A DNA stretch of 63,963 bases, filler included, from a bacterium (GTDB lineage: Bacteria; JALSQH01), in the NCBI GenBank assembly GCA_026985515.1. It is 7 parts of 7 records of this genome, joined end to end, with 100 filler letters (N's around TTAATTAATTAA, not from the genome) between each part and the next. Parts side by side here need not be neighbours in the genome. Positions count along the whole stretch, not along the records: positions 33,195 to 39,707 come from JALSQH010000056.1; positions 39,808 to 57,129 come from JALSQH010000058.1; 5 more parts are not named here. One strand, written 5' to 3'. The notes beneath the pieces were generated by a model. That model did no database searches, was not told the origin of the DNA, and saw only the letters and a list, made by a program, of their open reading frames with translations. Below are positions 38,965 through 50,235 of the stretch, piece by piece. The position numbers and the translations under genes were made by a program. Within the stretch, counting starts at the first letter, position 1. Every line of letters starts with the position of its first letter.

Positions 38965-39707
38965 ATGGAGCGATTTATGGGAAATCGACGGGAAGATGAT
39001 CAATCAATGAAAAATCTTTTTCTTGTGTTTGTTCTGAACTTACTCTTTTCTATTGTAGAACTTTTGGGAGGAATAATTACAAACAGCGTTGCCATAATAT
39101 CCGATGCGCTTCACGATTTTGGTGATTCTTTTTCAATTGGTATCTCATTTTTTCTTGAAAAGGTCTCTAAAAAAGGTAAGGATGAATTGTTCACTTATGG
39201 TTATAGACGCTTCTCTTTACTTGGAGCCTTTATAAATGCCTCAATTCTGATTGGTGGGAGCATTTATGTGTTGTATATGGCAGGAATGAGACTTTTTGAA
39301 CCTGAGAATGTGAATGCTAAGGGAATGACATTGTTTGCCATCTTTGGAATAGCTGTTAATGCTGTTGCTGCTATAAAAATACATGGAAGTAAAAAACTCA
39401 ACGAAAGGGTTGTTTTTCTGCATCTGTTGGAAGATGTGCTTGGTTGGATCGCTGTCCTCATCGTGGGAATAGTTATGATATTTATTAATGTGCCCTTTCT
39501 TGACCCTTTGCTTTCAATTGTTATTTCAGTATTTGTGATGTTTAATGCTATCAGGAATTTTTATTCAATTATGGTATTATTTCTCCAGGGAAAACCACCT
39601 GACATTAAGATTGATGAGCTGGAAAGGATCCTGCTGAGTATTGATGGTGTAAAAGAGGTTCATGATCTTCACCTCTGGTCTCTTGATGGTGTAAACCATA
39701 TTTTGAG
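38965..39707 (+). CDS. Cation diffusion facilitator (Zn/Co/Cd efflux), 3' truncated at the gap
   Basis: SDALHDFGD, TYGYRR, LHLLED.LGW, VHDLHLWSLDG; alternative start at 39007. Confidence 0.92.
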
Positions 39708-39807
39708 NNNNNNNNNNNNNNNNNNNNNNNNNNNNNNNNNNNNNNNNNNNNTTAATTAATTAANNNNNNNNNNNNNNNNNNNNNNNNNNNNNNNNNNNNN
39801 NNNNNNN
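39708..39807. other. Assembly gap linker
   Basis: N-TTAATTAATTAA-N. Confidence 0.99.
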
Positions 39808-40042
39808 AACTATCCTGTTATCCTGTTTGAAACTTTGTTTGCTGAAGCCTACAATGAAATAATGAGAATGATCAACTTCAATCTTACAACTCTCCTTAAA
39901 CATCCCTCAAAAGGTGGTACCTATGTTGTATCTCTGTGCCCATGGAGAAAAATCCTTCATTTGAAAATCTTCACCGGAAAGTCACCATTTTCTTGACTTT
40001 TTTACTGTAAATAAGAGAATATAATGATAACCTGAACGGAGT

Positions 40043-41083
40043 ATGACCATGATAATTGTAATGAAAAAGGGTGCCTCTGAGGAATGCATTCAGAAAGTTG
40101 TGGAAGCTGTTAAAAGTGAAGGGTATTCTCCTCACGTCATAAGAGGTGTGGAAAGAACAGTTGTTGCTGCCGTTGGTGATGAGCGGAGAAAAGTTGAGGT
40201 AATGGAAAAGCTAAAGGCTTTTGACGGTGTTGATAATGTCATACCCATCCTCAAGCCATACAAACTTGCCAGCAGGGAGGCAAAGTCCACCAAAACGCAG
40301 ATAAAAATAAATGATGATGTTGTGATAGGGGGGGAAGAGATAGTCGTTATTGCGGGACCCTGCTCCATAGAAAGTGAAGAGTTGACTATTGAAATTGCCA
40401 GAAAGGTTAAAGAGGCAGGCGCCCACATCCTCAGAGGCGGGGCCTTCAAACCGAGAACCTCGCCCTATTCCTTTCAGGGTTTTGGCGTTGATGGATTGAA
40501 AATACTTGCAAAGGCTGGAAGGGAAGCTGGAATGCCAGTTATTTCAGAAATTCTGGATAAACATGATTTGCCCTTTTTCATAGAGTATGTAGATATTATT
40601 CAGGTGGGGGCAAGAAATATGCAGAATTTTGCACTGTTGAAGGAACTGAGCAAGATAAACAAGCCTGTTTTGCTTAAGAGAGGCATGTGTGCCACTATAG
40701 ATGAATGGCTCTTTGCTGCAGAGTACATATTATCTGGTGGTAATGAGAATGTCATTCTGTGCGAAAGGGGAATACGAACCTTTGAAACTTCTACAAGAAA
40801 TACCCTTGATCTTAACGCGATACCGGTGCTGAGGGATAGAACTCACCTTCCTGTTATTGTTGACCCGAGTCATGGAACAGGGCACTGGGATTATGTAATA
40901 CCAATGGCAAAGGCAGCTATTGCTGCGGGGGCAGATGGTATAATGGTGGAGGTGCATCCAGAACCTGAAAAGGCTCTCAGTGATGGACCCCAATCCCTCA
41001 AATATGATACATTTTTCCAGTTGATGAAAGAGATTAAACCTGTTGCTGAAGCAGTGGGAAGAACTCTCCGTACTGGAGGATAA
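40043..41083 (+). CDS. aroF: 3-deoxy-7-phosphoheptulonate synthase, type I-beta with N-terminal regulatory domain
   Basis: IAGPCSIES, RGGAFKPRTSPYSFQG, GARNMQN, CERGIRTFE, DPSHGTG. Confidence 0.95.
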   Translation: MTMIIVMKKGASEECIQKVVEAVKSEGYSPHVIRGVERTVVAAVGDERRKVEVMEKLKAFDGVDNVIPILKPYKLASREAKSTKTQIKINDDVVIGGEEIVVIAGPCSIESEELTIEIARKVKEAGAHILRGGAFKPRTSPYSFQGFGVDGLKILAKAGREAGMPVISEILDKHDLPFFIEYVDIIQVGARNMQNFALLKELSKINKPVLLKRGMCATIDEWLFAAEYILSGGNENVILCERGIRTFETSTRNTLDLNAIPVLRDRTHLPVIVDPSHGTGHWDYVIPMAKAAIAAGADGIMVEVHPEPEKALSDGPQSLKYDTFFQLMKEIKPVAEAVGRTLRTGG

Positions 41084-41084
41084 A

Positions 41085-43889
41085 ATGGAGAAAAAAGATT
41101 ACAAAGAGACCCTTCATCTCCCTCAGACAGGGTTTCCAATGAAGGCCAATCTTACGCAGAAGGAAAGGGAGATCCTCAAGGAGTGGGAAGAGGAAAGAAT
41201 ATATGAAGATCTCCTGAAGAAGAGGAAAGATGCACCTGTTTTCTCTCTGCATGACGGTCCTCCATATGCAAATGGACATATCCACATGGGTCACGCTCTG
41301 AACAAAATTCTGAAGGATATTATTGTAAAATTCAAAACCATGGAGGGTTACAGGGTTAAATTCGTCCCCGGATGGGATTGCCATGGACTTCCCATAGAGC
41401 TGAAAGTTGATCAGGAGCTTGGTCCCAGAAAGAAGAGCATGTCAAAAATAGAAATCAGGGAGAGGTGCAAGAAGTACGCTGAGAAGTTCGTAAGGATTCA
41501 GAGGGATGAATTCAGAAGACTGGGGGTATTTGGCCTGTGGGATGAGGCTTATCTGACAATGAACCCTTCCTATGAAGCAACTATTGTGAGAGAATTTGGT
41601 AAGATTGTCGAGGCGGGTAATGTATACAGACAGAAAAAACCAATTTACTGGTGTCCTCACTGTCAGACAGCACTGGCTGAAGCTGAAATCGAGTATTATG
41701 ATCACAGGTCTCCATCAATATATGTTAAATTCCCACTCATTGATGATCCATCCCGAATCGATGCGAGTCTGAAAGGAGAAAAAGTAAACATTGTAATATG
41801 GACAACGACACCATGGACTTTGCCTGCCAATCTGGCTGTAGCCCTTCATCCTGACGAGGATTATGTCTTTTACCGGGCAGAGGATGGTGAAGTGTATGTT
41901 GTGGCAGAGGCTCTGCTTGACAATTTTATTCATGTTCTGGGGAAGAATGGGGATGTGATTTATAAAACTTCAGGAAAGAGTCTGGAAGGTCTTAAACTCA
42001 GACACCCCATTTTTGATGAAAAAACCTCGGTGGTTATTTTAGGGGAACATGTCACAATGGATGCGGGAACGGGCTGTGTTCACACAGCACCCGGCCATGG
42101 TGAAGAGGATTACGAAGTTGGACTCAGGTATAACCTGGAGATTTTTGCCCCTGTGGATGGAGAGGGAAGATTCACAGAAGAGGTACCGCAGTACAGGGGC
42201 ATGAAGGTATGGGATGCCAATTCTGTGATTATTGAGGACCTTAAAAAGAAGGGTCTTTTAATCCACGCGGGAGAAATAGAGCATTCTTATCCTCATTGCT
42301 GGCGATGTAAGAATCCCATCATATTCCGAGCTACTGATCAGTGGTTTATCTCAATGGAGAAAAATGATCTGAGAAGGAAGGCTCTTGATGAAATTGACAG
42401 GGTAAGCTGGATCCCCTCCTGGGGCCGTGACAGAATTTACAATATGGTTGAATCAAGACCTGACTGGTGCATTTCGAGACAGAGGTCGTGGGGAGTTCCA
42501 ATAGTTGCCCTTTACTGCAAAAAGTGTGGGAAACCCTTTACCTCTCGTGAGATTGCCGAGCATGTGGCTTCCATCTTTGAAAGGGAGGGTTCAAACAGCT
42601 GGTTCAGCAAACCGGTTAGTGAATTAATTCCTGAAGGGACAAAGTGTCCACACTGTGGTGGTGAAGAATTTGAACTGGAACAGGATATAATAGATGTGTG
42701 GTTCGAATCCGGGGTGAGTTACGCAGCAGTTTGTGAGAATGACCCTGATCTGGGGTTTCCGGTGGATCTTTATCTGGAAGGAAGTGATCAGCATAGAGGA
42801 TGGTTTCACTCCTCCCTTTTAACCTCTGTCATAACGAGAGGCAGGGCACCCTACAGATCAGTTTTGACTCATGGATTTGTGGTTGACGGTCAGGGAAGGA
42901 AGATGAGCAAGTCACTTGGAAACGTGATAAGTCCTGAAGAGATAATTAAACAGCAGGGTGCCGAGATTCTCAGGCTCTGGGTGGCTGCTGAGGATTACAG
43001 GGATGATATAAGAATTTCTCAGGAAATTTTAAAAAGGCTGGTTGATGCATACAGAAGAATAAGAAACACAGTAAGATTCATGCTTGGAAATCTCTATGAT
43101 TTTGATCCTGAGAAGGATTCAATACCTTATGCGGAACTTTTTCCCATTGATAGATACATGCTTCACAGATTGAATCAGCTTATAGCAAAGGTGAGAGAAG
43201 CCTATGATAATTACAATTTTCACATAGTTTATCATTCTGTTCACAATTTCTGTGTAGTTGACCTCAGCTCTTTTTACCTTGATATTCTGAAGGACAGACT
43301 TTACACATGGGCTTCAAAGTCTCATGGAAGGAGGTCTGCCCAGACAGTTATTTATCTCATTGTTGAAACACTGCTCAAACTTATAGCTCCTGTTATTTCC
43401 TTCACTGCCTATGAGGCATGGCAGTATCTGCCCGGGAAAAGAGATAAAAACATCTTTTCTGAGAAGTTCCCGGAAGTTGTGGAAGAGTATTATGATAATG
43501 AGCTCGCTGATGAATGGGAGATCCTGATAAAGATAAGGGAGGATGTGAACAGAGCACTTGAGGTGAAAAGGCAGAATAAAGAAATAGGACATTCCCTTGA
43601 TGCGAGGGTGCTGATCAGACCGGACAGCAGAACAGCCGGAATTCTGGAAAAGTACAGAGATGATCTCCCCTACATATTTATCGTTTCTCAGGTTGAACTT
43701 GTGGATGAAATTGATGGAGAAGCATTTTCCGGAGAGAATTTCCCGGAGATGAAAATTTCAGTTGTTAAGCCCCTTGGAGCCAAGTGTCAGAGATGCTGGA
43801 ATTATTCTGAAAGTGTGGGAAAGAATCCCAATTATCCTGACCTGTGTGAAAGATGTATAAGGGCTCTGCAAGAAGAGGCAAATGGTTAA
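41085..43889 (+). CDS. ileS: Isoleucine--tRNA ligase
   Basis: [37 protein letters not shown]-terminal CQRC..CERC. Confidence 0.97.
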   Translation: MEKKDYKETLHLPQTGFPMKANLTQKEREILKEWEEERIYEDLLKKRKDAPVFSLHDGPPYANGHIHMGHALNKILKDIIVKFKTMEGYRVKFVPGWDCHGLPIELKVDQELGPRKKSMSKIEIRERCKKYAEKFVRIQRDEFRRLGVFGLWDEAYLTMNPSYEATIVREFGKIVEAGNVYRQKKPIYWCPHCQTALAEAEIEYYDHRSPSIYVKFPLIDDPSRIDASLKGEKVNIVIWTTTPWTLPANLAVALHPDEDYVFYRAEDGEVYVVAEALLDNFIHVLGKNGDVIYKTSGKSLEGLKLRHPIFDEKTSVVILGEHVTMDAGTGCVHTAPGHGEEDYEVGLRYNLEIFAPVDGEGRFTEEVPQYRGMKVWDANSVIIEDLKKKGLLIHAGEIEHSYPHCWRCKNPIIFRATDQWFISMEKNDLRRKALDEIDRVSWIPSWGRDRIYNMVESRPDWCISRQRSWGVPIVALYCKKCGKPFTSREIAEHVASIFEREGSNSWFSKPVSELIPEGTKCPHCGGEEFELEQDIIDVWFESGVSYAAVCENDPDLGFPVDLYLEGSDQHRGWFHSSLLTSVITRGRAPYRSVLTHGFVVDGQGRKMSKSLGNVISPEEIIKQQGAEILRLWVAAEDYRDDIRISQEILKRLVDAYRRIRNTVRFMLGNLYDFDPEKDSIPYAELFPIDRYMLHRLNQLIAKVREAYDNYNFHIVYHSVHNFCVVDLSSFYLDILKDRLYTWASKSHGRRSAQTVIYLIVETLLKLIAPVISFTAYEAWQYLPGKRDKNIFSEKFPEVVEEYYDNELADEWEILIKIREDVNRALEVKRQNKEIGHSLDARVLIRPDSRTAGILEKYRDDLPYIFIVSQVELVDEIDGEAFSGENFPEMKISVVKPLGAKCQRCWNYSESVGKNPNYPDLCERCIRALQEEANG

Positions 43890-44367
43890 ACTGAAATTTT
43901 TCTTTCTCTTTGCTGTTCCTGTTGTAATTGTTGATCAGGTCACCAAGCGATTTATAGATCACAGCCTTACTCTCTTTTCCCGCATAACTGTTATACCGGG
44001 ATTTTTTGATATAGTTAAAGCCTACAACACAGGTGCAGCCTTCAGTCTTTTCGCAAACAGAAGTTCACCCCTTGTGAGTTTAGTTTTTCATGCTCTCACC
44101 TTTCTTGCAATTCTTTTTGTTGTTTATCTCTTGGTAAAAATTCCACCAGATAAAAAACTTCAACTTGCTTCACTCAATCTCATCATTGGTGGTGCAATGG
44201 GAAATCTGTATGATAGATTTACATATGGACATGTGGTTGATTTCCTTGATTTTTATATTGGCAGGTACCACTGGCCTGCTTTTAATGTGGCTGATTCATC
44301 CATTGTAATTGGAACGGGGTTGCTTCTTTTTGCGATTCTGAGGGAGGAAAAAAATGATAGTGTATAA
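43882..44367 (+). CDS. lspA: Lipoprotein signal peptidase II
   Basis: DQVTK, NTGAAFS, GNLYDR, VVDFLD, FNVADS. Confidence 0.96.
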   Translation: MVKLKFFFLFAVPVVIVDQVTKRFIDHSLTLFSRITVIPGFFDIVKAYNTGAAFSLFANRSSPLVSLVFHALTFLAILFVVYLLVKIPPDKKLQLASLNLIIGGAMGNLYDRFTYGHVVDFLDFYIGRYHWPAFNVADSSIVIGTGLLLFAILREEKNDSV

Positions 44368-44551
44368 GGTGGTTGAACTGAGTGTTGTTGACGATAAAGA
44401 AATTGAAAAGAAACTCAATGAGATGGCGAAGGATGGATGGTATCTTGATGGTATCCATTTTGCGATGAGAGAATCATCTAAAAGACCTGCCATGGCTTTT
44501 CTGGTTTTCTACAAATCTGTTCCGGAGGAAAAAGATGAAGAATCGGAATGA
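44354..44551 (+). CDS. DUF4177-like small protein
   Basis: YKVVEL..V....IE..LNE...GW; coupled to both neighbours. Confidence 0.7.
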   Translation: MIVYKVVELSVVDDKEIEKKLNEMAKDGWYLDGIHFAMRESSKRPAMAFLVFYKSVPEEKDEESE

Positions 44552-45920
44552 GTGGATTGAACATCTCCTTGAAGTTGATAAAAAGCATATATGGCACCCC
44601 TTCACCCAGATGAAGGAGTGGGTAGAGAAAGAAGAAATCATCATTATTGAGAGGGGAGAAGGATGTTACCTGTATGATGTGTATGGAAGGAAATTTCTCG
44701 ATGGAGTTTCTTCTCTGTGGGTTAATGTGCATGGGCACAGAAAAAAGGAAATTGATGAGGCCATAAAAAAGCAACTTGATAAAATTGCTCATTCTACTCT
44801 CCTCGGTCTTGCCAATGTACCATCCATAGAGCTGGCTGAGAGATTGATAAAAATTACCCCTGATAATCTCACTAAAATTTTTTACTCTGACAATGGTTCA
44901 ACGGCAGTTGAAATTGGTTTAAAAATTGCCTATCAATATTTTCAACAAACGGGGAGACCCCAAAAGAAAAAGATTATTTCTTTTGTAAATGCCTACCATG
45001 GAGATACAATCGGCTCTGTAAGTGTGGGGGGAATAGATCTCTTTCATCAGATTTACAGACCGCTTCTCTTTGAAACCATTAAGATACCCTATCCCTACTG
45101 TTACAGATGCCCCTACGGCAAAAGTCCCGATACCTGCAATATGGAGTGTCTCACTGAGGCAAAAAAAATAATTTCGGAACACAGGGAGGATGCAGCTGCC
45201 ATTATCATTGAGCCCATTATGCAGGGAGCTGCCGGTATGATAAAATCACCCCCGGGTTTCTTGAGGGGGATTTATGAAGCAGCGAAGGAAAATGATATAC
45301 TTCTCATCGTTGACGAGGTAGCCACAGGTTTTGGAAGGACGGGGAAGATGTTTGCTGTTGAGCATGAGAATGTTAAGCCAGATATAATGGCTGTTGCAAA
45401 AGGAATAAGCGGCGGTTACCTGCCTATTGCAGCGACTCTCACAACTGATGAAATTTATATGGGTTTCTGGGCTGACTATGCGGAGAAAAAAACATTTTTC
45501 CACGGCCACACCTATACCGGGAATCCTCTTGCTGCAGCCGCAGCAATTGCAAGTATAGATCTCTTTGAAAAAGAAAAGGTTATTGAAAACCTTCAGCCAA
45601 AAATCAGACATTTAGAGAAGAAGCTTGAGGAGTTCAGAGAATTACCCCATGTGGGAGATATCAGGCAGGCTGGTTTTATGGTCGGGATAGAACTGGTCAG
45701 GGATAAGAGGACAAAGGAAGAGTATCCCTATGGTGACAGAATCAGTCATCAGGTTATAGTGAGAGCAAGAAAATACGGGATAATTATCAGACCACTTGGG
45801 GATGTAATAGTTCTTATGCCGCCTCTCTGCATATCCATAGAGGAGCTTGATTTTCTCCTTGATGGAGTTTATCGCTCAATTAAAGAGGTAACTGAAGAGT
45901 ATGAGCGACGGAAAGGGTAA
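44535..45920 (+). CDS. bioA: Adenosylmethionine--8-amino-7-oxononanoate transaminase
   Basis: IWHPFTQM, SSLWVNVHGH, DEVATGFGRTG, AKGISGGYLP, HGHTYTGNP. Confidence 0.95.
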   Translation: MKNRNEWIEHLLEVDKKHIWHPFTQMKEWVEKEEIIIIERGEGCYLYDVYGRKFLDGVSSLWVNVHGHRKKEIDEAIKKQLDKIAHSTLLGLANVPSIELAERLIKITPDNLTKIFYSDNGSTAVEIGLKIAYQYFQQTGRPQKKKIISFVNAYHGDTIGSVSVGGIDLFHQIYRPLLFETIKIPYPYCYRCPYGKSPDTCNMECLTEAKKIISEHREDAAAIIIEPIMQGAAGMIKSPPGFLRGIYEAAKENDILLIVDEVATGFGRTGKMFAVEHENVKPDIMAVAKGISGGYLPIAATLTTDEIYMGFWADYAEKKTFFHGHTYTGNPLAAAAAIASIDLFEKEKVIENLQPKIRHLEKKLEEFRELPHVGDIRQAGFMVGIELVRDKRTKEEYPYGDRISHQVIVRARKYGIIIRPLGDVIVLMPPLCISIEELDFLLDGVYRSIKEVTEEYERRKG

Positions 45921-46587
45921 GATCTTTGTTACAGGGACAGATACAGGGGTGGGAAAAACAGTTTTCACCCTTGCCCTCTGCCTTTTCTTAAAGAGCAGAG
46001 GAAAGAAGTGCAGGGTTATTAAACCTGTTGAGACTGGGTGTGACCCTGTCTGTGAGGATGAGACACTTTACAGAAAATTTCTGGGCGATGACGCTGTTGA
46101 GGTCTTTTACAGACTGAAGTATCCTGCTGCCCCTCTTACCGCAGGAGAAAGGGAGGGGATCGAGATTCCCATTGAGGATTTGAAAGAAAAACTTAAGGGA
46201 TATGATGAAGGGGTAACTCTTGTAGAGGGGGCTGGAGGTCTGCTCGTTCCAGTAAATTATGAGACTACCTATCTTGATCTGATTCTCGCACTTGATACTC
46301 CCGTTATGGTTGTGGCAGGGAATAAACTTGGCGTGATAAATCATACACTTTTAACTGTGGATGTACTTGATAGAAGGGGAATAAAGGGAATTATCATACT
46401 GAACGATCTTTCTGAAGGGGATCCTTTTCTGCTGGAAGATAATTTGAAGAAAATAAAACATTTTTCGAAAATGCCAGTGGCGGGAAGATTTCCATACATT
46501 GAGAAATTCACAGAGGATCAACTGATCAGAGGGATTCAGCCTCTCTATACTTCTCTTGAAGAATTCGCTGGAGAGATTCTTCGGTGA
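45901..46587 (+). CDS. bioD: Dethiobiotin synthase
   Basis: FVTGTDTGVGKT, KPVETG, VEGAGGLLVP, LGVINHTLLT. Confidence 0.95.
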   Translation: MSDGKGKIFVTGTDTGVGKTVFTLALCLFLKSRGKKCRVIKPVETGCDPVCEDETLYRKFLGDDAVEVFYRLKYPAAPLTAGEREGIEIPIEDLKEKLKGYDEGVTLVEGAGGLLVPVNYETTYLDLILALDTPVMVVAGNKLGVINHTLLTVDVLDRRGIKGIIILNDLSEGDPFLLEDNLKKIKHFSKMPVAGRFPYIEKFTEDQLIRGIQPLYTSLEEFAGEILR

Positions 46588-48127
46588 AACTTTCTATTGC
46601 CTCCCTGTTCTCCTCGTAATATTCGGGAAGGAGAGTTTTTATGGCTTTTTTCCCCTCATCTGAGACCAGGAAGTTGAGAAAAATTCTTGTTAACTGTGGA
46701 TCGAACTGGGTACCCATATTGTCAACCAATTCATGGATAACCGATTTGAAGGGCAATCTCTTCCTGTAAGGTCTGTCTGTGGTCATGACATCAAAGCTGT
46801 CTGCAATGGCAATTATTCTTGCACCAACAGGGATGTGTTCTCCCTTCAGGCCCTCTGGATATCCATTTCCGTCCCACCTTTCATGATGATAATAAACCAT
46901 GGGAATTATGGGCTTGAAGAAGTTTATCGGCTCAAGTATCTTTTTACCCACCTCTGGATGAGTTCTGAAAAGTTCCATTTCATCTTCTGTAAGAGCTGTA
47001 CTTTTTTTAAGAGCTGAAAGGTCCATGCCAATTTTTCCTATGTCGTGGAGAAGAGCAGCGTTCCTGATGTTTTCCACCATCTCGTCACTGCATCCACATT
47101 TCTTTGCCAGAATCTCTGCCCAGAAAGCCACTCTTTCTGAATGACCCCTTGTGTATTGATCCTTTGCCTCAACTGCTCTTACAAGACTCTGAATGGTTTC
47201 GGTGAATACTTTTTGAAGGTCTTTGAATAGTTCCACATTCTTGAGAGATACACCCGCTCTTGATGCAAGGAGAAACAGGGCCTTTTTATCAACATCGGTG
47301 AATTTGTTAACTTTACTAAGAGATGCAACTGCCACCGTTCCAAGATGTTTCCCGCCGGCTCTCAGGGGAACCATCAGAATGGATGTGATCCCCATCTGGG
47401 GAGTCTTATCCAGAAATACCTTTCCAACTTCTTCATCTGAGAAGAGAATTATTTTTCCTTCCTGAAAGTATCCTTCGATGAAGGGGAAGTCAATTTTTTT
47501 AAATAATTCTTCTGGATCTATGTCCTCCCTGGTGGATAATCCCTTTTTGTATATGCACTTTTTATTTTTTTCATCATATCTTCCCACAAAGGCGACATCT
47601 GCGAATGTTGTTTTTATTGATGATTCCACCAGAAGATCATAAATTTTCTCCTCATCCATTATTTCAACAAGCTCCTCAGATGCTCTGTAATTTTCAAGCA
47701 TCTGTTTCAAAACAAAGTTTTCACCTTCTACCTTTTTGATTTTCAATGCCTTTTCAACAAGTTTCAGAATCTCAGGAAGTTTAAATGGCTTTACAATATA
47801 TTCAATTGCTCCATATTTTCCAGCTTCAACTGCTCCATCGTAAGAGGCGGCTCCAGTCATTACCACCACTGCGGGGGGATTTTTGAACTCCTCCCGGAGC
47901 CTCTGAAGCAGGGATAGTCCGTTGATCTTTCCTGGCATCACCACGTCAGTTATCATCAGGTCGTAGGTTTTTTCGTAGAGTTTTTCGAGAGCTTCTTCTC
48001 CACTGGTTGCAAAATCTGTTTCAAAGCCTTCTTCCTGGAGGAATTCCGAAAGTGATTCTGCCACTCCGGGGTCATCATCCACAACGAGGATTTTTGCTTT
48101 TTCAGGCTGTTGTTGTTTCTCTTCCAT
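46526..48127 (-). CDS. Response regulator with REC, GAF and HD-GYP domains (c-di-GMP phosphodiesterase)
   Basis: ILVVDDD..DVVMP..KPF; GAF-like middle; GHSERVA, LHDIGK, HHERWDGNGYP. Confidence 0.93.
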   Translation of the reverse strand: MEEKQQQPEKAKILVVDDDPGVAESLSEFLQEEGFETDFATSGEEALEKLYEKTYDLMITDVVMPGKINGLSLLQRLREEFKNPPAVVVMTGAASYDGAVEAGKYGAIEYIVKPFKLPEILKLVEKALKIKKVEGENFVLKQMLENYRASEELVEIMDEEKIYDLLVESSIKTTFADVAFVGRYDEKNKKCIYKKGLSTREDIDPEELFKKIDFPFIEGYFQEGKIILFSDEEVGKVFLDKTPQMGITSILMVPLRAGGKHLGTVAVASLSKVNKFTDVDKKALFLLASRAGVSLKNVELFKDLQKVFTETIQSLVRAVEAKDQYTRGHSERVAFWAEILAKKCGCSDEMVENIRNAALLHDIGKIGMDLSALKKSTALTEDEMELFRTHPEVGKKILEPINFFKPIIPMVYYHHERWDGNGYPEGLKGEHIPVGARIIAIADSFDVMTTDRPYRKRLPFKSVIHELVDNMGTQFDPQLTRIFLNFLVSDEGKKAIKTLLPEYYEENREAIESFTEESLQRILQEKYREAESL

Positions 48128-49037
48128 TTTCCAGTTTCTCCTTTACCCTCCTCCTGAGTTTGCAGAATCCACATATTTCCCCACTGGAGGGATACCCGCA
48201 TTCTTTACATTCATGCTGCATTTTTGTTTCTTCAGGATAGAGCCTGGCAAATATATTTTTCCTTTCATAAAAGCCTTTCAGGAAGTGCAGTTTTGTGCCG
48301 GGGGAATAATTCTCAATTTCGTTCAATACATGCTTGTGAAAAATTGATGTAGCCCCGGCTGCATGTGGACACTCCTCATATATATAATCGATTCCTCTCA
48401 ATATAGTATAGGCAGCTATTTCTCTCTCTGTCAAGAAAACAAGTGGTTTAACTTTTCTGATGAGTTTGGGGTGTGTGGAAGGGAGAACAGGACCCTTGCG
48501 AGCCAGATAGAGATCCTTCCAGTAAAGGAGGTTTCCTAAAAGTGTTGATGCTTCGTCATCGAGATTGTGTCCTGTGGCAAGGACGGTATAACCCTTTTCA
48601 TAGGCAAAGCGATTCATGAGGTATCTTTTAATTGTGCCACATACTGAACACGTTTTCCTTTTTGTAATTTTTGCTATTTCTGGAATACCGGTACCGAAAA
48701 AGTCCCTGACATAAATCACCGTGAGTTCGGAGTTTATTTTTTTTGCAAAATTTTCAGCCTTCTGAAGAGATTCATCAGAATATTTTCCGATTCCAAGATG
48801 AATATGAATTCCCCCTGTTTCGTAACCGAGTCTGGTTAATATGTCCCAGAGAGCAAGACTGTCCTTACCTCCAGAAACTGCCACTGCAACTTTATCATCT
48901 TTTGTGAACATTTTGTAAGTTTTGATGGCGTTTTTTACCCTTCTCAGAACAAATTCTTCAAAACACTTCTCGCATAACGCAATATTGTGTGCGGGAAGTT
49001 TTATTACCGCAGGTCTGCCGCAGATTTTACACTTCAT
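48102..49037 (-). CDS. ttuA: tRNA 2-thiolation sulfurtransferase TtuA
   Basis: CKIC...CEKC, SGGKDS PP-loop, CSVCG..KRY, TGHNLDDE, ECPHA, CKECG..CGFC. Confidence 0.9.
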   Translation of the reverse strand: MKCKICGRPAVIKLPAHNIALCEKCFEEFVLRRVKNAIKTYKMFTKDDKVAVAVSGGKDSLALWDILTRLGYETGGIHIHLGIGKYSDESLQKAENFAKKINSELTVIYVRDFFGTGIPEIAKITKRKTCSVCGTIKRYLMNRFAYEKGYTVLATGHNLDDEASTLLGNLLYWKDLYLARKGPVLPSTHPKLIRKVKPLVFLTEREIAAYTILRGIDYIYEECPHAAGATSIFHKHVLNEIENYSPGTKLHFLKGFYERKNIFARLYPEETKMQHECKECGYPSSGEICGFCKLRRRVKEKLENGRETTTA

Positions 49038-49044
49038 TGGTTTC

Positions 49045-49245
49045 TTATCCTCCTGAAATTACCATTCTGATTTCTATTTCATCTTCATCTTTCAATCTGT
49101 AATCGGGTGGCAGAATTCTGTTATTTTGCCTGTCAATTACAAGCACTTCTTCCGGATTGAGTTTCAATTTTTTTTCAATGAGGTCTCTGACAGTTATTTC
49201 CTGAATCCTCTCCTCAATGGTTTTTTCTCTCGTGTGAATCTTCAT
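49045..49245 (-). CDS. ttuB: Ubiquitin-like sulfur carrier (TtuB/ThiS/MoaD family)
   Basis: 66 aa ending in VISGG; LNPEEVLV; directly upstream of ttuA. Confidence 0.85.
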   Translation of the reverse strand: MKIHTREKTIEERIQEITVRDLIEKKLKLNPEEVLVIDRQNNRILPPDYRLKDEDEIEIRMVISGG

Positions 49246-49961
49246 TTTTCACCTCCACAAACAGGGCATCCCGGGTTTTTGCTGTAAGAAATTTCAATCA
49301 TTTTTCCATTTTTCCCATCCCATATCATTAATTTCCCTGATAGTAGTTTTCCATAACCAAGCAAATACTTGAGTACCTCCTGCACCTGAATGGATGCCAC
49401 AAGTCCCACCACTGCTCCGATTGAAGGGATTGTACCTGATGGAGCTGTCGGGGATGCACCGTACAGACAGGCAAGGCAAGGCCCATCTGGAAGAATGGTG
49501 GTAACTCTACCTTCCCACCCATAAATGGCTCCGTGAAAGAGGGGAATTCCATTTTTTACCGCAAATCTGTTAAGTAGCATTCGCGTTTCCATGTTGTCAA
49601 GGGCATCTACAATGGCATCTGCTCCTTTCAACATTTCGATGTTCTTTTCATTGATTTTTTCAGAGAAAATTTCTATTTTCACATCGGGATTAAGTTTCGT
49701 TAATCTTTCTCTTGCCGCTTCAACCTTTTTTTTCCCAAGATCCTCCAGTGTGTATAGGATCTGCCTGTTAAGATTACTTTCAGATACCTGGTCAGGATCC
49801 CAGAGGAGTAATCTGCCTATACCTGCTGCGGTGAGGTAGTATGTTATAAGGGAACCGAGTCCTCCAACACCTGCAACTGCAACAGTTGAGTTCAGAAGTT
49901 TCCTCTGTCCCTCTTCTCCCCAACCATCTGCAATTATCTGTCTCTCGTAGACTTTCCTCAT
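49242..49961 (-). CDS. ThiF/MoeB/HesA E1-like adenylyltransferase (TtuC-like)
   Basis: YERQ, GVGGLGS, SNLNRQ, DALDN, CLAC, CPVC. Confidence 0.9.
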   Translation of the reverse strand: MRKVYERQIIADGWGEEGQRKLLNSTVAVAGVGGLGSLITYYLTAAGIGRLLLWDPDQVSESNLNRQILYTLEDLGKKKVEAARERLTKLNPDVKIEIFSEKINEKNIEMLKGADAIVDALDNMETRMLLNRFAVKNGIPLFHGAIYGWEGRVTTILPDGPCLACLYGASPTAPSGTIPSIGAVVGLVASIQVQEVLKYLLGYGKLLSGKLMIWDGKNGKMIEISYSKNPGCPVCGGEK

Positions 49962-50030
49962 TTCTGATAGTTATCATATCAGATTGGGAAAATGCTTACA
50001 AAAGTGGTAAAGTTTAATCTTCACCCCCTA

Positions 50031-50058
50031 TTGACAGCACGCTTTTTTTCTATAAAAT
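50031..50058 (+). promoter_or_regulatory. Sigma-70 promoter of the tRNA-Gly/tRNA-Cys pair
   Basis: TTGACA-N16-TAAAAT. Confidence 0.6.
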
Positions 50059-50070
50059 ATTTTGTCGAGA

Positions 50071-50146
<76 letters not shown>

Positions 50147-50158
50147 TTTTTTATTTAT

Positions 50159-50235
50159 GGCGGCGTACCCAAGTGGCCTAAGGGGGCGGTCTGCAAAACC
50201 GCTATTCACCGGTTCGAATCCGGTCGCCGCCTCCA
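50159..50235 (+). tRNA. tRNA-Cys(GCA)
   Basis: GGCGGCG/CGCCGCC acceptor, GCGGT-ctGCAaa-ACCGC, U73 discriminator, encoded CCA. Confidence 0.97.

Noticed and set aside
39808-39996. Open frame at the contig start (NYPVILFETL...SPFS*)
   Set aside because: No recognisable similarity, not a CDF C-terminus, and the coding strand cannot be decided.
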